Part shown: one piece after another, positions 1 through 11,279 of the stretch
Layout of the letters: each line of letters opens with the position of its first letter
Numbering within the stretch: position 1 is the stretch's first letter
Assembly (NCBI GenBank): GCA_000165345.1
Contig: CM000436.1
Location: forward strand, 608,001 to 672,000
DNA length: 64,000 bases
Direction of reading: 5' to 3'
Notes under the pieces: model-generated
The model's database searches: none
What the model saw: the letters and a program-made list of their open reading frames with translations, nothing else
What the model was told of the DNA's origin: nothing
Translations under genes and position numbers: made by a program

Positions 1-1
1 C

Positions 2-502
2 AAAAATATTTCAAGTTTTAATGATAAAGAACAATATAATGATGATATTATATTAAACAATGTTGATATTGAGGATGAATCAGAATTTGCATTAGATATA
101 GGAAAGAAAGAAGAAAATAGCGAGTTTATTGATAAAATAAATAAAAATTTACCAAGTGTTAACGATACAATAAGAATGATTGATAATTTAGAGAAACAGA
201 TATTACTATTAAATGTTGAGAAAGTTCAACTTGAAGCAGAATTATCAACTTTGCCAAAAGATAATTGGTCAAAGAATGAAAAAGAGAAAAAAAATAAGGA
301 TAATATAGAGAGGAGAATATTGGAAATTGAAAATAGTATAATAAAAGCAAGTTCTAATATTAAACATCTCAAAGATAATAAACATAAAAAAAACGATAAT
401 ACAAATAACAGTCACAAAGATCATCACCATCATCATCATCATCATCATCAACAACAACAACAACAACAAAAACAAAAACATGAAAATAATATAAACAATT
501 AA
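2..502 (+). CDS. 3' end of a coiled-coil protein (5'-partial, continues upstream of the window) ending in a His9-Gln7 tract
   Basis: The frame is open from base 2 with no stop until 500-502. It is heptad-like and K/E/L-rich (LEKQILLLNVEKVQLEAELSTL). The listed ORF 176..502 is only its Met-initiated tail. Confidence 0.5.
   Translation, partial: KNISSFNDKEQYNDDIILNNVDIEDESEFALDIGKKEENSEFIDKINKNLPSVNDTIRMIDNLEKQILLLNVEKVQLEAELSTLPKDNWSKNEKEKKNKDNIERRILEIENSIIKASSNIKHLKDNKHKKNDNTNNSHKDHHHHHHHHHQQQQQQQKQKHENNINN
421..470 (+). repeat. (CAT)9(CAA)7 trinucleotide tract encoding His9-Gln7
   Basis: Seen directly in the sequence, within the coding 3' end of the first gene. Confidence 0.9.
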
Positions 503-551
503 TTATATTGAAATATTTCATAAAATAACTTTATTCGGATTTGGTATATGA

Positions 552-1415
552 TCAGTAAATATTGTTATATTTTTGAATAAATTTCTGATATTCTTTAGAT
601 TCTTTATCAAGCTGTTCATTATAAGCACTTGCTATTGAGGCAAAATAGCATCCAAATAGTGGCAATAAAATGGAAGTTAGAAAAGCAAGAATAGCAAGTG
701 AATATCCCCAAAAGAATTGAATATCAGATACAGATGGTGATTTAAATGTAAATTGAGGATATCCAAAATGTACCAAACTAAAAAATGAATTAATAGCAAT
801 CCAAGATCCTCCAGCATTTACATAATATATTGGTAAAGTAATCATTGCAATAAGATTTGAGCACCCAAATAAGGTGGTATAAGCATAGGTGAGTGGAATA
901 GATAAATTCTTATAAGAAAGGATGAATGTAATAAATCCAAAGATTACACATACAAGACAGCCAATAATTCCCGCTATCATTGTTAATGATCCAATATTAA
1001 GCATTCTAAAGTTATAACACGCATTTTGAGCATTTGGAAATTGGTATTTATCAATGGAACATACAGCAGCACTAGCTTCTCCAAAAGTTTTACCATTAAA
1101 ATAGTTAAATCGACTGCATACAAACTCTTCTAGACTAATTGGTGAAATGAAATTTTTTGATCCGTTATTTCGAGAATATTGATCCATAGCTGGTGACCAC
1201 ATATAATTAGTTCTATTACATCTTGATTTAATAGTAAACCCTCTAAGAGAAAGGTTAAAACTAATATATCCCATATTTTTAGTTTCATATACATAATTTT
1301 GCCAATTAGCACTAAAAAGTGATGATATCCATAGAGCTACAACAAGAAAAGTGGCAGTTGCCAAATAATATTTGCTAAATCCTCCAAATGGGTGTTTAGG
1401 TTTTTGGTAGTACAT
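552..1415 (-). CDS. Four-TM membrane protein with a large Cys-containing first extracellular loop (claudin/PMP22-like topology); hypothetical
   Basis: 287-aa ORF with one N-proximal hydrophobic helix, a ~100-aa loop with 6 Cys and N-glycosylation sequons, then three C-terminal helices. Codon usage matches its neighbours. Confidence 0.6.
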   Translation of the reverse strand: MYYQKPKHPFGGFSKYYLATATFLVVALWISSLFSANWQNYVYETKNMGYISFNLSLRGFTIKSRCNRTNYMWSPAMDQYSRNNGSKNFISPISLEEFVCSRFNYFNGKTFGEASAAVCSIDKYQFPNAQNACYNFRMLNIGSLTMIAGIIGCLVCVIFGFITFILSYKNLSIPLTYAYTTLFGCSNLIAMITLPIYYVNAGGSWIAINSFFSLVHFGYPQFTFKSPSVSDIQFFWGYSLAILAFLTSILLPLFGCYFASIASAYNEQLDKESKEYQKFIQKYNNIY

Positions 1416-1874
1416 TTATAAGGTGGGTATGCTAATTAAAATATGTTTATATAATTTGCATTTAATTATATTTATATATTTGTGTATATAAATATATATA
1501 TATTTATATATATTATAAATATATAAGAGTTTATTTATTTTCTTTTCAAAGCTTTGAATAAATCATATAATGATTTTTTTTTAATACTGATTTTGGGATT
1601 TGAACTTAGAATAACAGTATCTCCAAAATTAGAAATAGACTTGAAGAAAATTAAAAATAACTTAAGGGCTTGAAGGATATTAAACTTTTAGTATAAAGTC
1701 TTTGACCTGGAAGATTGAAAATCAATATATTTTCACTTAAGTTTTAAATTTCTAAATTAATAATTTCTTTTTTTTTTCTTGTAACGTTGATATTAATTTC
1801 AATTTTACTAGTTTGACTTTAATATTACATTTTTTTTATATCCATTAGAGGTATAATATGATAAAAAAAGTTAG

Positions 1875-1892
1875 TTGGCGCCTTGGCGCCAA
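1875..1892. promoter_or_regulatory. Tandem E2F-like TTGGCGCC-TTGGCGCCAA element in a divergent promoter
   Basis: Exact doublet between divergently oriented genes (552-1415 minus, 2167-2958 plus). TGGCGCCA is the E2F-like upstream motif reported for Cryptosporidium. Confidence 0.55.
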
Positions 1893-2166
1893 CAAAATAT
1901 GATTATTTGTAGTTGCATGCATTGAAAAAATTTGCCACGTAATGTAAATGCAAGTAGAGTTTGCATGCAAACAACGGTGTGAATAAAAAAAAAAATCAAT
2001 TAGTTTTTTTTTAAAAAGTGGGAATAATTTAATATATAGAGATTCAGAAGAAAAAATAAATTGTGGATTATTGTTTTTTCTTCTTTTTAAAGAAAACCAA
2101 GATATAAATGATTGTTTTTAAAGAGGAATTTTTTTAAGAGCAAAATAGAATAAAAGGAAAGTCAAA

Positions 2167-2958
2167 ATGGTTGAAGTTGAAGAATTTGGAATTAAGTGTA
2201 GCAATATGGAATGTAACCTAATTCAGTTTTTACCATTTGAGTGTTTCAAATGTAGAAAAAAATTCTGTATAGAACATGTAAATTCTGGAAAGCATATGTG
2301 CGAAAGTAAAGGCAATGATTTAGAACTAGATAATGGTTTTAAGGGAGGATTTGAGGAAAGAGAAAAAGCTTCGGTAAATTGCTCAATGAACGGTTGTTCA
2401 AATGTAGGGATAATATGTAGAAAGTGCAATAAAATGTTATGCTCGGAGCACATTTATGAATCTGAGCACGAATGTATGGGAAAGAATAGAGTTATAATTA
2501 GTAAAACCGCACTTGATTTGAAAAGAAGGTATTCAGGAGGAGAAATGTTAAGAGGATCAAAGCTTCCTGATGAAAATAAATCAAGTAAAATGTTGAGGAA
2601 AATAATGATAAAATCAAAAAGTATTGGAGATTCAAGTATTCCAGCTAGGAATAGAATTGCAGTAGCTTTATATGTAAGTAGTGGTGTGGAATGCTTAAAA
2701 TTTGTAAATAAGGACTTACCAATATGTATTTGGTTAAATGGGGAGAAGACAGTTGGATGGAACTTGGACTACATTTCAGAGAAATTAAGAGTATTACATG
2801 GGAATAATAAGGCAAAGTTTTTAGGATTGGTTTTATTTAAAAATAAGGATATTCAAGGGAATGAAATTCCAGAAAAGAAGATTCTAGAGATGAGCGTAGA
2901 ATTGAGAAAATGCGTTTCAGATGGGGAGTCTTTGCTACTTGATTATGGGCTTGCTTAA
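2167..2958 (+). CDS. Protein with two AN1-type zinc fingers (ZFAND1/Cuz1-like)
   Basis: Two copies of C-x4-C-x9-12-C-x2-C-x4-C-x2-H-x5-H-x-C (CSNMEC...CFKC...CIEH...HMC and CSMNGC...CRKC...CSEH...HEC) followed by a ~150-aa C-terminal domain. Confidence 0.65.
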   Translation: MVEVEEFGIKCSNMECNLIQFLPFECFKCRKKFCIEHVNSGKHMCESKGNDLELDNGFKGGFEEREKASVNCSMNGCSNVGIICRKCNKMLCSEHIYESEHECMGKNRVIISKTALDLKRRYSGGEMLRGSKLPDENKSSKMLRKIMIKSKSIGDSSIPARNRIAVALYVSSGVECLKFVNKDLPICIWLNGEKTVGWNLDYISEKLRVLHGNNKAKFLGLVLFKNKDIQGNEIPEKKILEMSVELRKCVSDGESLLLDYGLA

Positions 2959-3201
2959 TTGTGGGTAATTAACACAATATTTGTATTTGAATCATATTAT
3001 CTAACCAACAAATTTCTATTCCAATAAAAATTGAGCTATCACTTCTTCTAAATATAACTCAACTTTTGAATGATAATTCAAAGTAAAGTTTATCCAAGTT
3101 CAAAATTTGAGATTATATTATTTTTATTGCTCCCCCCTCATTCACAAACTCATTTGCCCCTTTTACAAGAAATTAACATGCAAATAATGAAAGTAAAGAC
3201 A

Positions 3202-3217
3202 TGGCGCTATGGCGCCA
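3202..3217. promoter_or_regulatory. Tandem TGGCGCTA-TGGCGCCA E2F-like doublet ~100 bp upstream of the SNF2 ATPase gene
   Basis: Seen directly in the sequence. Confidence 0.5.
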
Positions 3218-3319
3218 CTAATGAAGGAGGAGAACCCGCCAGGGCAATAGATTAGGAAAACAAAAAGTGTAATAGTAAGGGGAAGAAAAAAAAAAAATCC
3301 TCTGGATGAATCGGAAAAG

Positions 3320-6300
3320 TTGATGAGTGAAGGAAGTAATAGGATTATGAATAATGAAATTTATGGAATAGGTTCACAGAATCCTCCATTGGGTGGTGGT
3401 CATTTGATTCAATCGGGGGTAAGTGGAGGGATGATTGCAAGTCAAAAGGAGGGTACCGTTAATAGTGGGGCGATGATAGGAGGAGGAGGAAGTGATAGCA
3501 CTAGAGGAGCAGGTGGAGTGGGAGTAGGAATGGGAGCGAACGGGGCTGGGTATATGCCAAAACCATCTATGGATGTCATAAAGGATGCAACCAGTGGAAA
3601 ACAGAGTTGTTTAAGTGGAAATACGACATTTACTCATGCATGGTATCCAGAAATTTCTAAAATATTATATGATGTAAGTAAATCCAATTTATCTATTCAA
3701 GATAAAAGAGTACGAATTTTGTTATTAATTTTCCAATGGATAAAGAAGCAACAATGTGAGTTAGTAGACCCAAGTGTATTGTTTTCAGATAATAATATTG
3801 AGATTCTTGAAAATCAATTAAAAGCTTATAAGCATTTTTTAACAAGTGATGTACCTTTAAGTGAAAATATATTGGAGAAGAGTCTTGGCGTTAATATAGC
3901 TACTGGAAATAAGAGACAAAGGCTTGAAGGCCAAGAAGGAGGATCATCTATACAGAATACTCAACAAAATTCTTTTAAAGAAGAAAATAATATGGGAAAT
4001 AATACTAGTAACGTTGAAATAGAAGGATTTCAACCAGACTGGAACTTTATTAATTCTGTTATTAGAGATACTAATTCATTTAACTATAAAGTTCCAATAT
4101 CAAGACAAGGTTCTTCTATTATTGCTAGAAATCCAAATCAATGGATTGATTATAATAGAAAAGTTGAACAGAATAGAATGGCTCTTTTAATGAATAGGAA
4201 TATTGGTATGAATGGTAATATTAACACTCAAGGTTCAAATCCTGTAACTTCATCTAGCTCAGGAGGGGAAAATGCTAAAAAAGAAACGGAATCTTTGGCA
4301 AATAATTCCAAAATGGTCATTGATGATCATCCAACTAAGTCAGAGACAATAAGAAGTGAAGGTAAAACTGATTCCAGAGCCGAATCTAGAATGGAAGATA
4401 AAAATGTTGATAAAAACCTTGCGAATCAAAATCAAGATCAAGATGAGAGTATTCATAATAATGCAAATGAACATGATCAAACAGGAGTCAATAAGCCATC
4501 ATCATGTACAGATTCGAAACCTGAGGAACAAGATGAAGATTTGCTCTTAATACATAGAATTTCAAAGCTACTTAATTTCCAACATTTTATTAGAAATCAA
4601 ATAATAGTCTCCAGATATATTGAAGAAATGGATCCACCTCTCCCACAATTAAAATTTGTGACAGCAAGGGATGCTAGAAAGAATAAAGCTCTTTACCAAG
4701 CCAGAATTGATGGTTTAAAACATATCAAGGTCGTGGATGACATTAAAAGGCAAAGAAGGCAATTTATTTCAGAAATTTTAAAACATTCAAAAAGATTTCA
4801 AGATGTCCATCGTGAAAACCAGAGAAGTATTCGAAGAGTATGCTCTCATGTATTGAGACATTCCACTAATAAAGAAAGAAGGGATCAAAATTTGGAACAA
4901 CAAATGCAAAGAGCAAGATTGAATGCTTTAAAAGCTCAGGATGAAGAAGCATATTTAAGACTTTTGCATGAAGCTAAGAATGAAAGACTTTTGGAATTAG
5001 TTCATCAAACTGAAGATTATATGAATAAACTTGGGGCTTTAGTTATGGAACATAGAAAACAAGCAGGTTCAGCTGTAGACTTTGATGAACTTTACTTGGA
5101 AGAGAATCAGAAAGAGGGTGAAGAAGAAGAAGAGGATGAGGAGGTTGAAACTGGAGAGAATAATCAAAATCAAGAAGGGAAAGATCTTGGATATAAAGGA
5201 GATAAACATATATGTAATAAATGTGGCTGCTCAGGGAAACCACCTGATGAGAATCATCGAGAGGCTACCAAATTAGGATCTGCACAAGGAGATTCAGAAA
5301 AAACAATTGAGTCTAATGAAATTAAAATAATTGAAGATCAAAAAAATGGAGTTTCTTGTAGTTGTAACTCTCCAAATTGTACGTGCTCTTTATCTATTTC
5401 TACTTGTGATTGCAAATCTGAAACATGTTGTTCAAAGAACAAAAAGAAGAAACGATCTGCGCCTTTAATAAGAGCAAAAGAGAGATATTTCCAAGTTACC
5501 CATATGATACAAGAACATATAACAAAACAACCTGAATGTTTGAAAGGAGGTCAATTAAGAGAATATCAAATGAAAGGATTGGAGTGGTTAGTTTCTTTAT
5601 ATAACAATAATTTAAATGGAATTTTGGCTGATGCTATGGGATTGGGAAAGACTGTTCAAACTGTAAGTGTATTAGCACATATTTATGAGAATAAGGGAAA
5701 TAGAGGGCCTCATTTAATTATTGCTCCTTTATCTACTTTACATGGTAATTGGGAAAATGAATTTAACAGATGGTTACCAGATTTTGTCAAAGTTATTTAT
5801 GAAGGAAATAAAGAAATTAGAAAACAAATACGCTCTAAATATATGACAGGAGAGGCAAAGTTCCATGTTTTATTGACAACTGATGCATTCATAATGAAAG
5901 ATAAGCACTATTTACGAAAGTTTGATTGGGAATACATTATAGTAGATGAAGCTCATCGTTTAAAAAATCCAAAGAGTAAACTTGTACAAATCTTAAATAA
6001 TGGTTTTAGAGCAAAACATAGGCTTGCTTTAACCGGTACCCCACTTCAAAATGATTTACAAGAAGTTTGGGCATTATTAAATTACTTAATGCCAAGTATT
6101 TTCAACTCTTCTGAAACTTTTCAACAATGGTTTAATGAGCCTTTATCTTCTATAAAATCTTCAGGAAAAACAGGAGGAGGTTCGGATAATGGAATTGTTC
6201 CATTAGATATTAGTGAAGAGGAACAACTTTTAATTGTTGATAGATTGCATAAAGTTTTGAGACCTTTTCTATTAAGAAGAGAAAAAATCCAAGTTGCTAA

Positions 6301-8344
6301 TGAAGTACCTCCTAAATTAGAAGAAATACTTTGGTGTCCTTTAAGTGGTTTACAACAATATCTATATAAAGAACTTGAAAGTAATGAGAATTCTGGACCA
6401 AATGTATTAATGCAATTAAGAAAAGTATGTAATCATCCATTTTTATTTTCAACTGAGATACAATATCCATCAGATGAGAGTATTGTCAGAGTTTGTGGTA
6501 AATTTGTTATGTTAGATAGTATCTTACCAAAGTTAAGAGCAGCAGGACATAGAGTATTGATATTTAGTCAAATGACTAAATTATTAACACTTTTAGAGGT
6601 ATTTTTATCATTAAGAAATATGCCATTTTTAAGATTGGATGGAACAACTTTATCTGAAGATAGACAAGAAAGTCTCAAATTATTTAATGCTGAAAATAGT
6701 CCATACTTTGTTTTTCTATTGTCCACAAAAGCTGGTGGATTTGGTATTAATCTTCAATCGGCAGACACAGTAATATTATTTGATTCAGATTGGAATCCTC
6801 AGAATGATGAACAAGCACAAAGTAGAGCACATAGAATTGGCCAAAAGAAAGAGGTTTTGACTTTACGTTTTGTAACACCTGATACAGTGGAGGAGAGAAT
6901 TATGACAACAGCAGGAATAAAATTGGATAAGGATGCCTTAATTATAAAATCTGGAATGTATCATGATCTTTATGATGGTGATGATTTGGAACAAAAGAGA
7001 AAAGAAAAGATTCAAGAAATTTTGAGGAAACAAAGACAAAAAGAAGTAGTTAACTGCTATTATGACTCTGATCGTTTAAATAGAATTTTAGCAAGGTCAG
7101 ATCGTGATTTGGAAATCTTTGAGAGGGTTGATAGAATGAGAAAGATGTGTCATATTCCAGGACTTATTATGGATCCTACTTTACCTCCTTGTTTATTTGA
7201 ATGGAAGAAACAAGCTAAGATATCTAGAGTAACTATAGAAAATCCTCAAAAAGCTGAGGAGCTTTGGAAGCTTTGTTATACATTTGGCGATCCTTGGGTT
7301 GTACATCCAAAAAATAAGAGTTGGAGAAGAATACAAATTTTGGGGAATTCTGGTCAGAATAGTAATGAAATTGATAAAAAAGGTGTTGTCAGTAATTCTG
7401 AGGGAATATATAATGCTGGAAGAAGTACAAGATCTTCTATTAATACTATAAGTAATAGAAGATCATTGAATACAGAAGAATCCAATGAAGATGTTGAAAT
7501 GAAGGATGAGGAGTTAGAAGAAATGGATTCTATTGTAAGTTTAGGAGAAAGATCAGATTTAGAATTTGCAAGAAATAGGAAATCAATGTTTGAAGTTACT
7601 AGTAATATGAAAGCAATTAATGTTTCTAAAGATACAACAGGTGATGGCTCTCAAATAGGGAAAGAACTTGAAATTGGTACTATAAGTTCAACATTGGGTA
7701 CCGGGAATGAATTGGAAGATTTAAATGAAGAACAAATCACTCCAGAGGAAATAGAATATAGAAGGGAATCATTAAATGATGCTATTTTACAAGCTTGTGA
7801 CATGGCTATGAAGATTCCAGAATATGAGGCTTATATATCCCTTCCATCACAGACTATTTTCCCAGACTATTACCAGATTATTTCAAAACCTGTTTGCTTG
7901 CAACATATTCGACAGTTTGCAAAAAAGAGAGAATTCACCTCCTTACACAAATTGGAAAAGTATTTAGAACGACTTGCATCAAATGCTAAGACTTATAATG
8001 GAGTTAGCCATTTTCTATATTATTCAGCTCTTCATTTAACAAATACTATTATGATGGAGGTTAGAAAGAGAGTTGCTGTTGCATTCTATACATATAAACT
8101 TCCTGAAGGTCATATTAGGGATCACGAAGCTAAGCAACTTTTGGATGGTCTAAATTCCGTCTCAGAAACAGATTTGAATAGAAAACATATGTTGGTTCCA
8201 GATGTTGGCGACGAAGAGGAAGAAGAAGAGGAGGAAGAAAATGATGATGAGGAAGAAGAGGAAGATGAGGAAGAAAACGATGATGATGATGATGACGATA
8301 ATAATAAGAATAATCGAGTTGAAAAGAAAACTGGGAAAAAATAA
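3320..8344 (+). CDS. SNF2-family chromatin-remodelling ATPase with C-terminal bromodomain (Snf2/Brahma/Sth1-like)
   Basis: LREYQMKGLEWLVSLYNNNLNGILADAMGLGKTVQT (SNF2_N), DEAHRLKN, the helicase-C motifs (LLSTKAGGFGINLQSADTVILFDSDWNPQNDEQAQSRAHRIGQ), and a bromodomain (PDYYQIISKPVCLQHI...YN). The C-terminus is a poly-acidic tail. Confidence 0.9.
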   Translation: MMSEGSNRIMNNEIYGIGSQNPPLGGGHLIQSGVSGGMIASQKEGTVNSGAMIGGGGSDSTRGAGGVGVGMGANGAGYMPKPSMDVIKDATSGKQSCLSGNTTFTHAWYPEISKILYDVSKSNLSIQDKRVRILLLIFQWIKKQQCELVDPSVLFSDNNIEILENQLKAYKHFLTSDVPLSENILEKSLGVNIATGNKRQRLEGQEGGSSIQNTQQNSFKEENNMGNNTSNVEIEGFQPDWNFINSVIRDTNSFNYKVPISRQGSSIIARNPNQWIDYNRKVEQNRMALLMNRNIGMNGNINTQGSNPVTSSSSGGENAKKETESLANNSKMVIDDHPTKSETIRSEGKTDSRAESRMEDKNVDKNLANQNQDQDESIHNNANEHDQTGVNKPSSCTDSKPEEQDEDLLLIHRISKLLNFQHFIRNQIIVSRYIEEMDPPLPQLKFVTARDARKNKALYQARIDGLKHIKVVDDIKRQRRQFISEILKHSKRFQDVHRENQRSIRRVCSHVLRHSTNKERRDQNLEQQMQRARLNALKAQDEEAYLRLLHEAKNERLLELVHQTEDYMNKLGALVMEHRKQAGSAVDFDELYLEENQKEGEEEEEDEEVETGENNQNQEGKDLGYKGDKHICNKCGCSGKPPDENHREATKLGSAQGDSEKTIESNEIKIIEDQKNGVSCSCNSPNCTCSLSISTCDCKSETCCSKNKKKKRSAPLIRAKERYFQVTHMIQEHITKQPECLKGGQLREYQMKGLEWLVSLYNNNLNGILADAMGLGKTVQTVSVLAHIYENKGNRGPHLIIAPLSTLHGNWENEFNRWLPDFVKVIYEGNKEIRKQIRSKYMTGEAKFHVLLTTDAFIMKDKHYLRKFDWEYIIVDEAHRLKNPKSKLVQILNNGFRAKHRLALTGTPLQNDLQEVWALLNYLMPSIFNSSETFQQWFNEPLSSIKSSGKTGGGSDNGIVPLDISEEEQLLIVDRLHKVLRPFLLRREKIQVANEVPPKLEEILWCPLSGLQQYLYKELESNENSGPNVLMQLRKVCNHPFLFSTEIQYPSDESIVRVCGKFVMLDSILPKLRAAGHRVLIFSQMTKLLTLLEVFLSLRNMPFLRLDGTTLSEDRQESLKLFNAENSPYFVFLLSTKAGGFGINLQSADTVILFDSDWNPQNDEQAQSRAHRIGQKKEVLTLRFVTPDTVEERIMTTAGIKLDKDALIIKSGMYHDLYDGDDLEQKRKEKIQEILRKQRQKEVVNCYYDSDRLNRILARSDRDLEIFERVDRMRKMCHIPGLIMDPTLPPCLFEWKKQAKISRVTIENPQKAEELWKLCYTFGDPWVVHPKNKSWRRIQILGNSGQNSNEIDKKGVVSNSEGIYNAGRSTRSSINTISNRRSLNTEESNEDVEMKDEELEEMDSIVSLGERSDLEFARNRKSMFEVTSNMKAINVSKDTTGDGSQIGKELEIGTISSTLGTGNELEDLNEEQITPEEIEYRRESLNDAILQACDMAMKIPEYEAYISLPSQTIFPDYYQIISKPVCLQHIRQFAKKREFTSLHKLEKYLERLASNAKTYNGVSHFLYYSALHLTNTIMMEVRKRVAVAFYTYKLPEGHIRDHEAKQLLDGLNSVSETDLNRKHMLVPDVGDEEEEEEEEENDDEEEEEDEEENDDDDDDDNNKNNRVEKKTGKK

Positions 8345-8973
8345 ATATTCAAAGATATTAACACATGAAGTTGTATCTCTTTCATTTTCTCATGGTACTT
8401 TTTTATGTGAATTTAAGATCCACATAATATTTCAAGTATTATTTGTATTACTCAAAATAACTATATATTGAAACTTTGGCGCTTACTTTAGATAGTTTAT
8501 GTATGCACTTAATGGCTTACATGTACGGGCGCCAACAAATTGGAGTGGTTTGACCCAAATTCGTGATTTTTTTTTTTTAAATTAATTAATTAAGAGAAAA
8601 AGCAAACCTACACGTTAGGGATAGGACAACTAATGAAAAGTAGAAAAAATGGTATAAAGTTGATATTTTTAGAGCATATGATTAAGTTAATAAAAAAGTG
8701 AAAAGTATATGTATATATACATATATATTATTTAGTGAGATAGGAGTGGGATAGGGTACAAATTGCAAGAAATATTTCTCAATTCTCCTATTTCCCTTAA
8801 ATTAGGAATGATTAATAAGGTTAAGAATTAATTTACTAATTCTTTTTTTCTTTTTTAATTTAAATTAAAAAAAAAAAAGAGAAGATAAAGTGATTTATTA
8901 TTTAGTATTTAGGTTATAGGATTTAGACTCTACTCATTCTGTAATAAGAAAAGTTAAAGAAAAGAGATCAAAA

Positions 8974-9810
8974 ATGTTTGAAACAGTTGTATTGGTGGCA
9001 ATATTTACAATAGTTTTTACTGGACTAATTATGGCAGGTTATATTCAATATTATGAGAATGCACCTATAGAAGATATTAGAAAGCTTCTTAAAGAATCCT
9101 ATATAATTTTAGCCTTAATGGAATTATTATTTGGATTATTTGGAATTATTAGCTTTAAAGTAGAAATAGTTTTGCAATTTTTAGATTGGTGGTTATTTTA
9201 TCAAGCAAGTAATAAATATCCATATATATTTAGTATGGATTCATTTTTTCCAGTAAAAGTGATTATAGTTACATTAATTAAAGCAATAATAAGTATAAGA
9301 ACCTCCTTCAATATTCCTTTTAGGTCTCTCATATTTCCATATATAATGTCCACAGTCTGTATATTGCCATTACTATTTGCTTTTTCATATCCATATGAAG
9401 ACTCAGTAAGTTTTAAATAATGGTTAATTTAATTATGTAATAATAACTTAAACAAAATACATTAGAAATTAGCTCATATAGTTTGGGACAAAAGTAATGA
9501 TGAAGACATTTTAACCCGCTTCATTAAGATAGTTATGTCGGAAAGAAGTCGAAATGACTATTTGGTTCATTTGAAGATCCAAATTCAGAGGTAAGTTTTA
9601 ATAATTTCTTGAAAAACAATCAACCCAAGTTGATTGATAATTATCAAGACCAAAAAAAGAAGAAACTAATTTTATTTAATCAAATTTACTCCATTCAGAA
9701 ATATTGCAAGCTTATATAGGCAAAATAAGTATATTCGGTCTATAGTTTCAAAGTCTCCATTATATGTCAAAAACTTTATCGTTTCAAGGGCTAGTATTGA
9801 AGAAATCTAA
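8974..9810 (+). CDS. Candidate 3-exon gene join(8974..9405,9466..9590,9699..9810): multi-TM N-terminus plus ~80-aa soluble tail; hypothetical
   Basis: The listed ORF 8974..9420 runs straight into GTAAGT at 9406. An open exon follows AG at 9464-65 and ends at a second GTAAGT at 9591. A third exon after AG at 9697-98 is phase-consistent and open for 38 codons to TAA at 9808-9810. Confidence 0.4.
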
Positions 9811-10088
9811 CAAATCCTCTATTACTTCACAGAGACAATTTATCACATATTTCGATACTTAATTTTATCTCAAATTTAAATCTAATTCATTTTTTAATTA
9901 ATTTTCCCACATTTATTTCACACGTAATTTTCTTTTTTCTATAACGGTTTTCCATGCATTTTAACACTTGGCGCCTAAATTTTTGTGTGTGTACAAAATA
10001 ATTTAAATAATTAAATAAATTAAAAGTGCAATTGAAAAAATATTATAAGGAAAGTTAGAAAGCCAGAATTCAATTAAAATAGAAGAAT

Positions 10089-10891
<803 letters not shown>

Positions 10892-11279
10892 TTTACATTA
10901 TCTAGATCATTTTATTAGCATTTACTTGTAATATTGTCAAATTAAGATTTCTGAGTTGCCGCGCGCGCCCAAAACTTTGTCTAAAATTCTATTTTGTGAT
11001 TTTGACCCCGGAAAAAATAGTATTAATAAAAGTAGAATAAAGAATAAATAAATGGGCAATTTGATTGAACAATGTTCACAAAAAAGGAAGCTTTAGAGGG
11101 CCTTTTGAATTAAAGTACTAGTTTAAGTTTTATTTTAATAATTTTGACGGAAATTAACGCTCCAAAAAGATTATAAATCAAATTATTACGCTTACACAAC
11201 AACCTATAATGCATAAACTCATTATGGTTTTATTAATAATGCAAATATAATAATAAATCGAAATTTTAAATAAATAATA

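Noticed and set aside
4356-5276. Nested small ORFs (4356..4550+, 5043..5243-, 5082..5276+) inside the SNF2 gene, and similar nested or antisense ORFs in other genes
   Set aside because: They are fully contained in long, domain-supported CDSs on the same or opposite strand. They are low-complexity translations of purine-rich coding sequence. Examples: 2223..2453, 12089..12283, 12980..13351, 14452..14900, 15547..16821, 17007..17336, 18283..18773, 23063..23517, 25329..25832, 30100..30536, 31918..32578, 36839..37354, 38265..39013, 40387..40608, 41745..42647, 43912..44160, 44892..45775, 47098..48216, 48630..48896, 51170..52257, 52812..53255, 53721..54002, 55686..56123, 57881..60554.
8122-8471. ORFs 8122..8385(-) and 8202..8471(+) encoding poly-Ser / poly-Lys-Arg
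   Set aside because: They are frame-shifted or antisense readings of the (GAA/GAT)n acidic C-terminal tract of the SNF2 gene.
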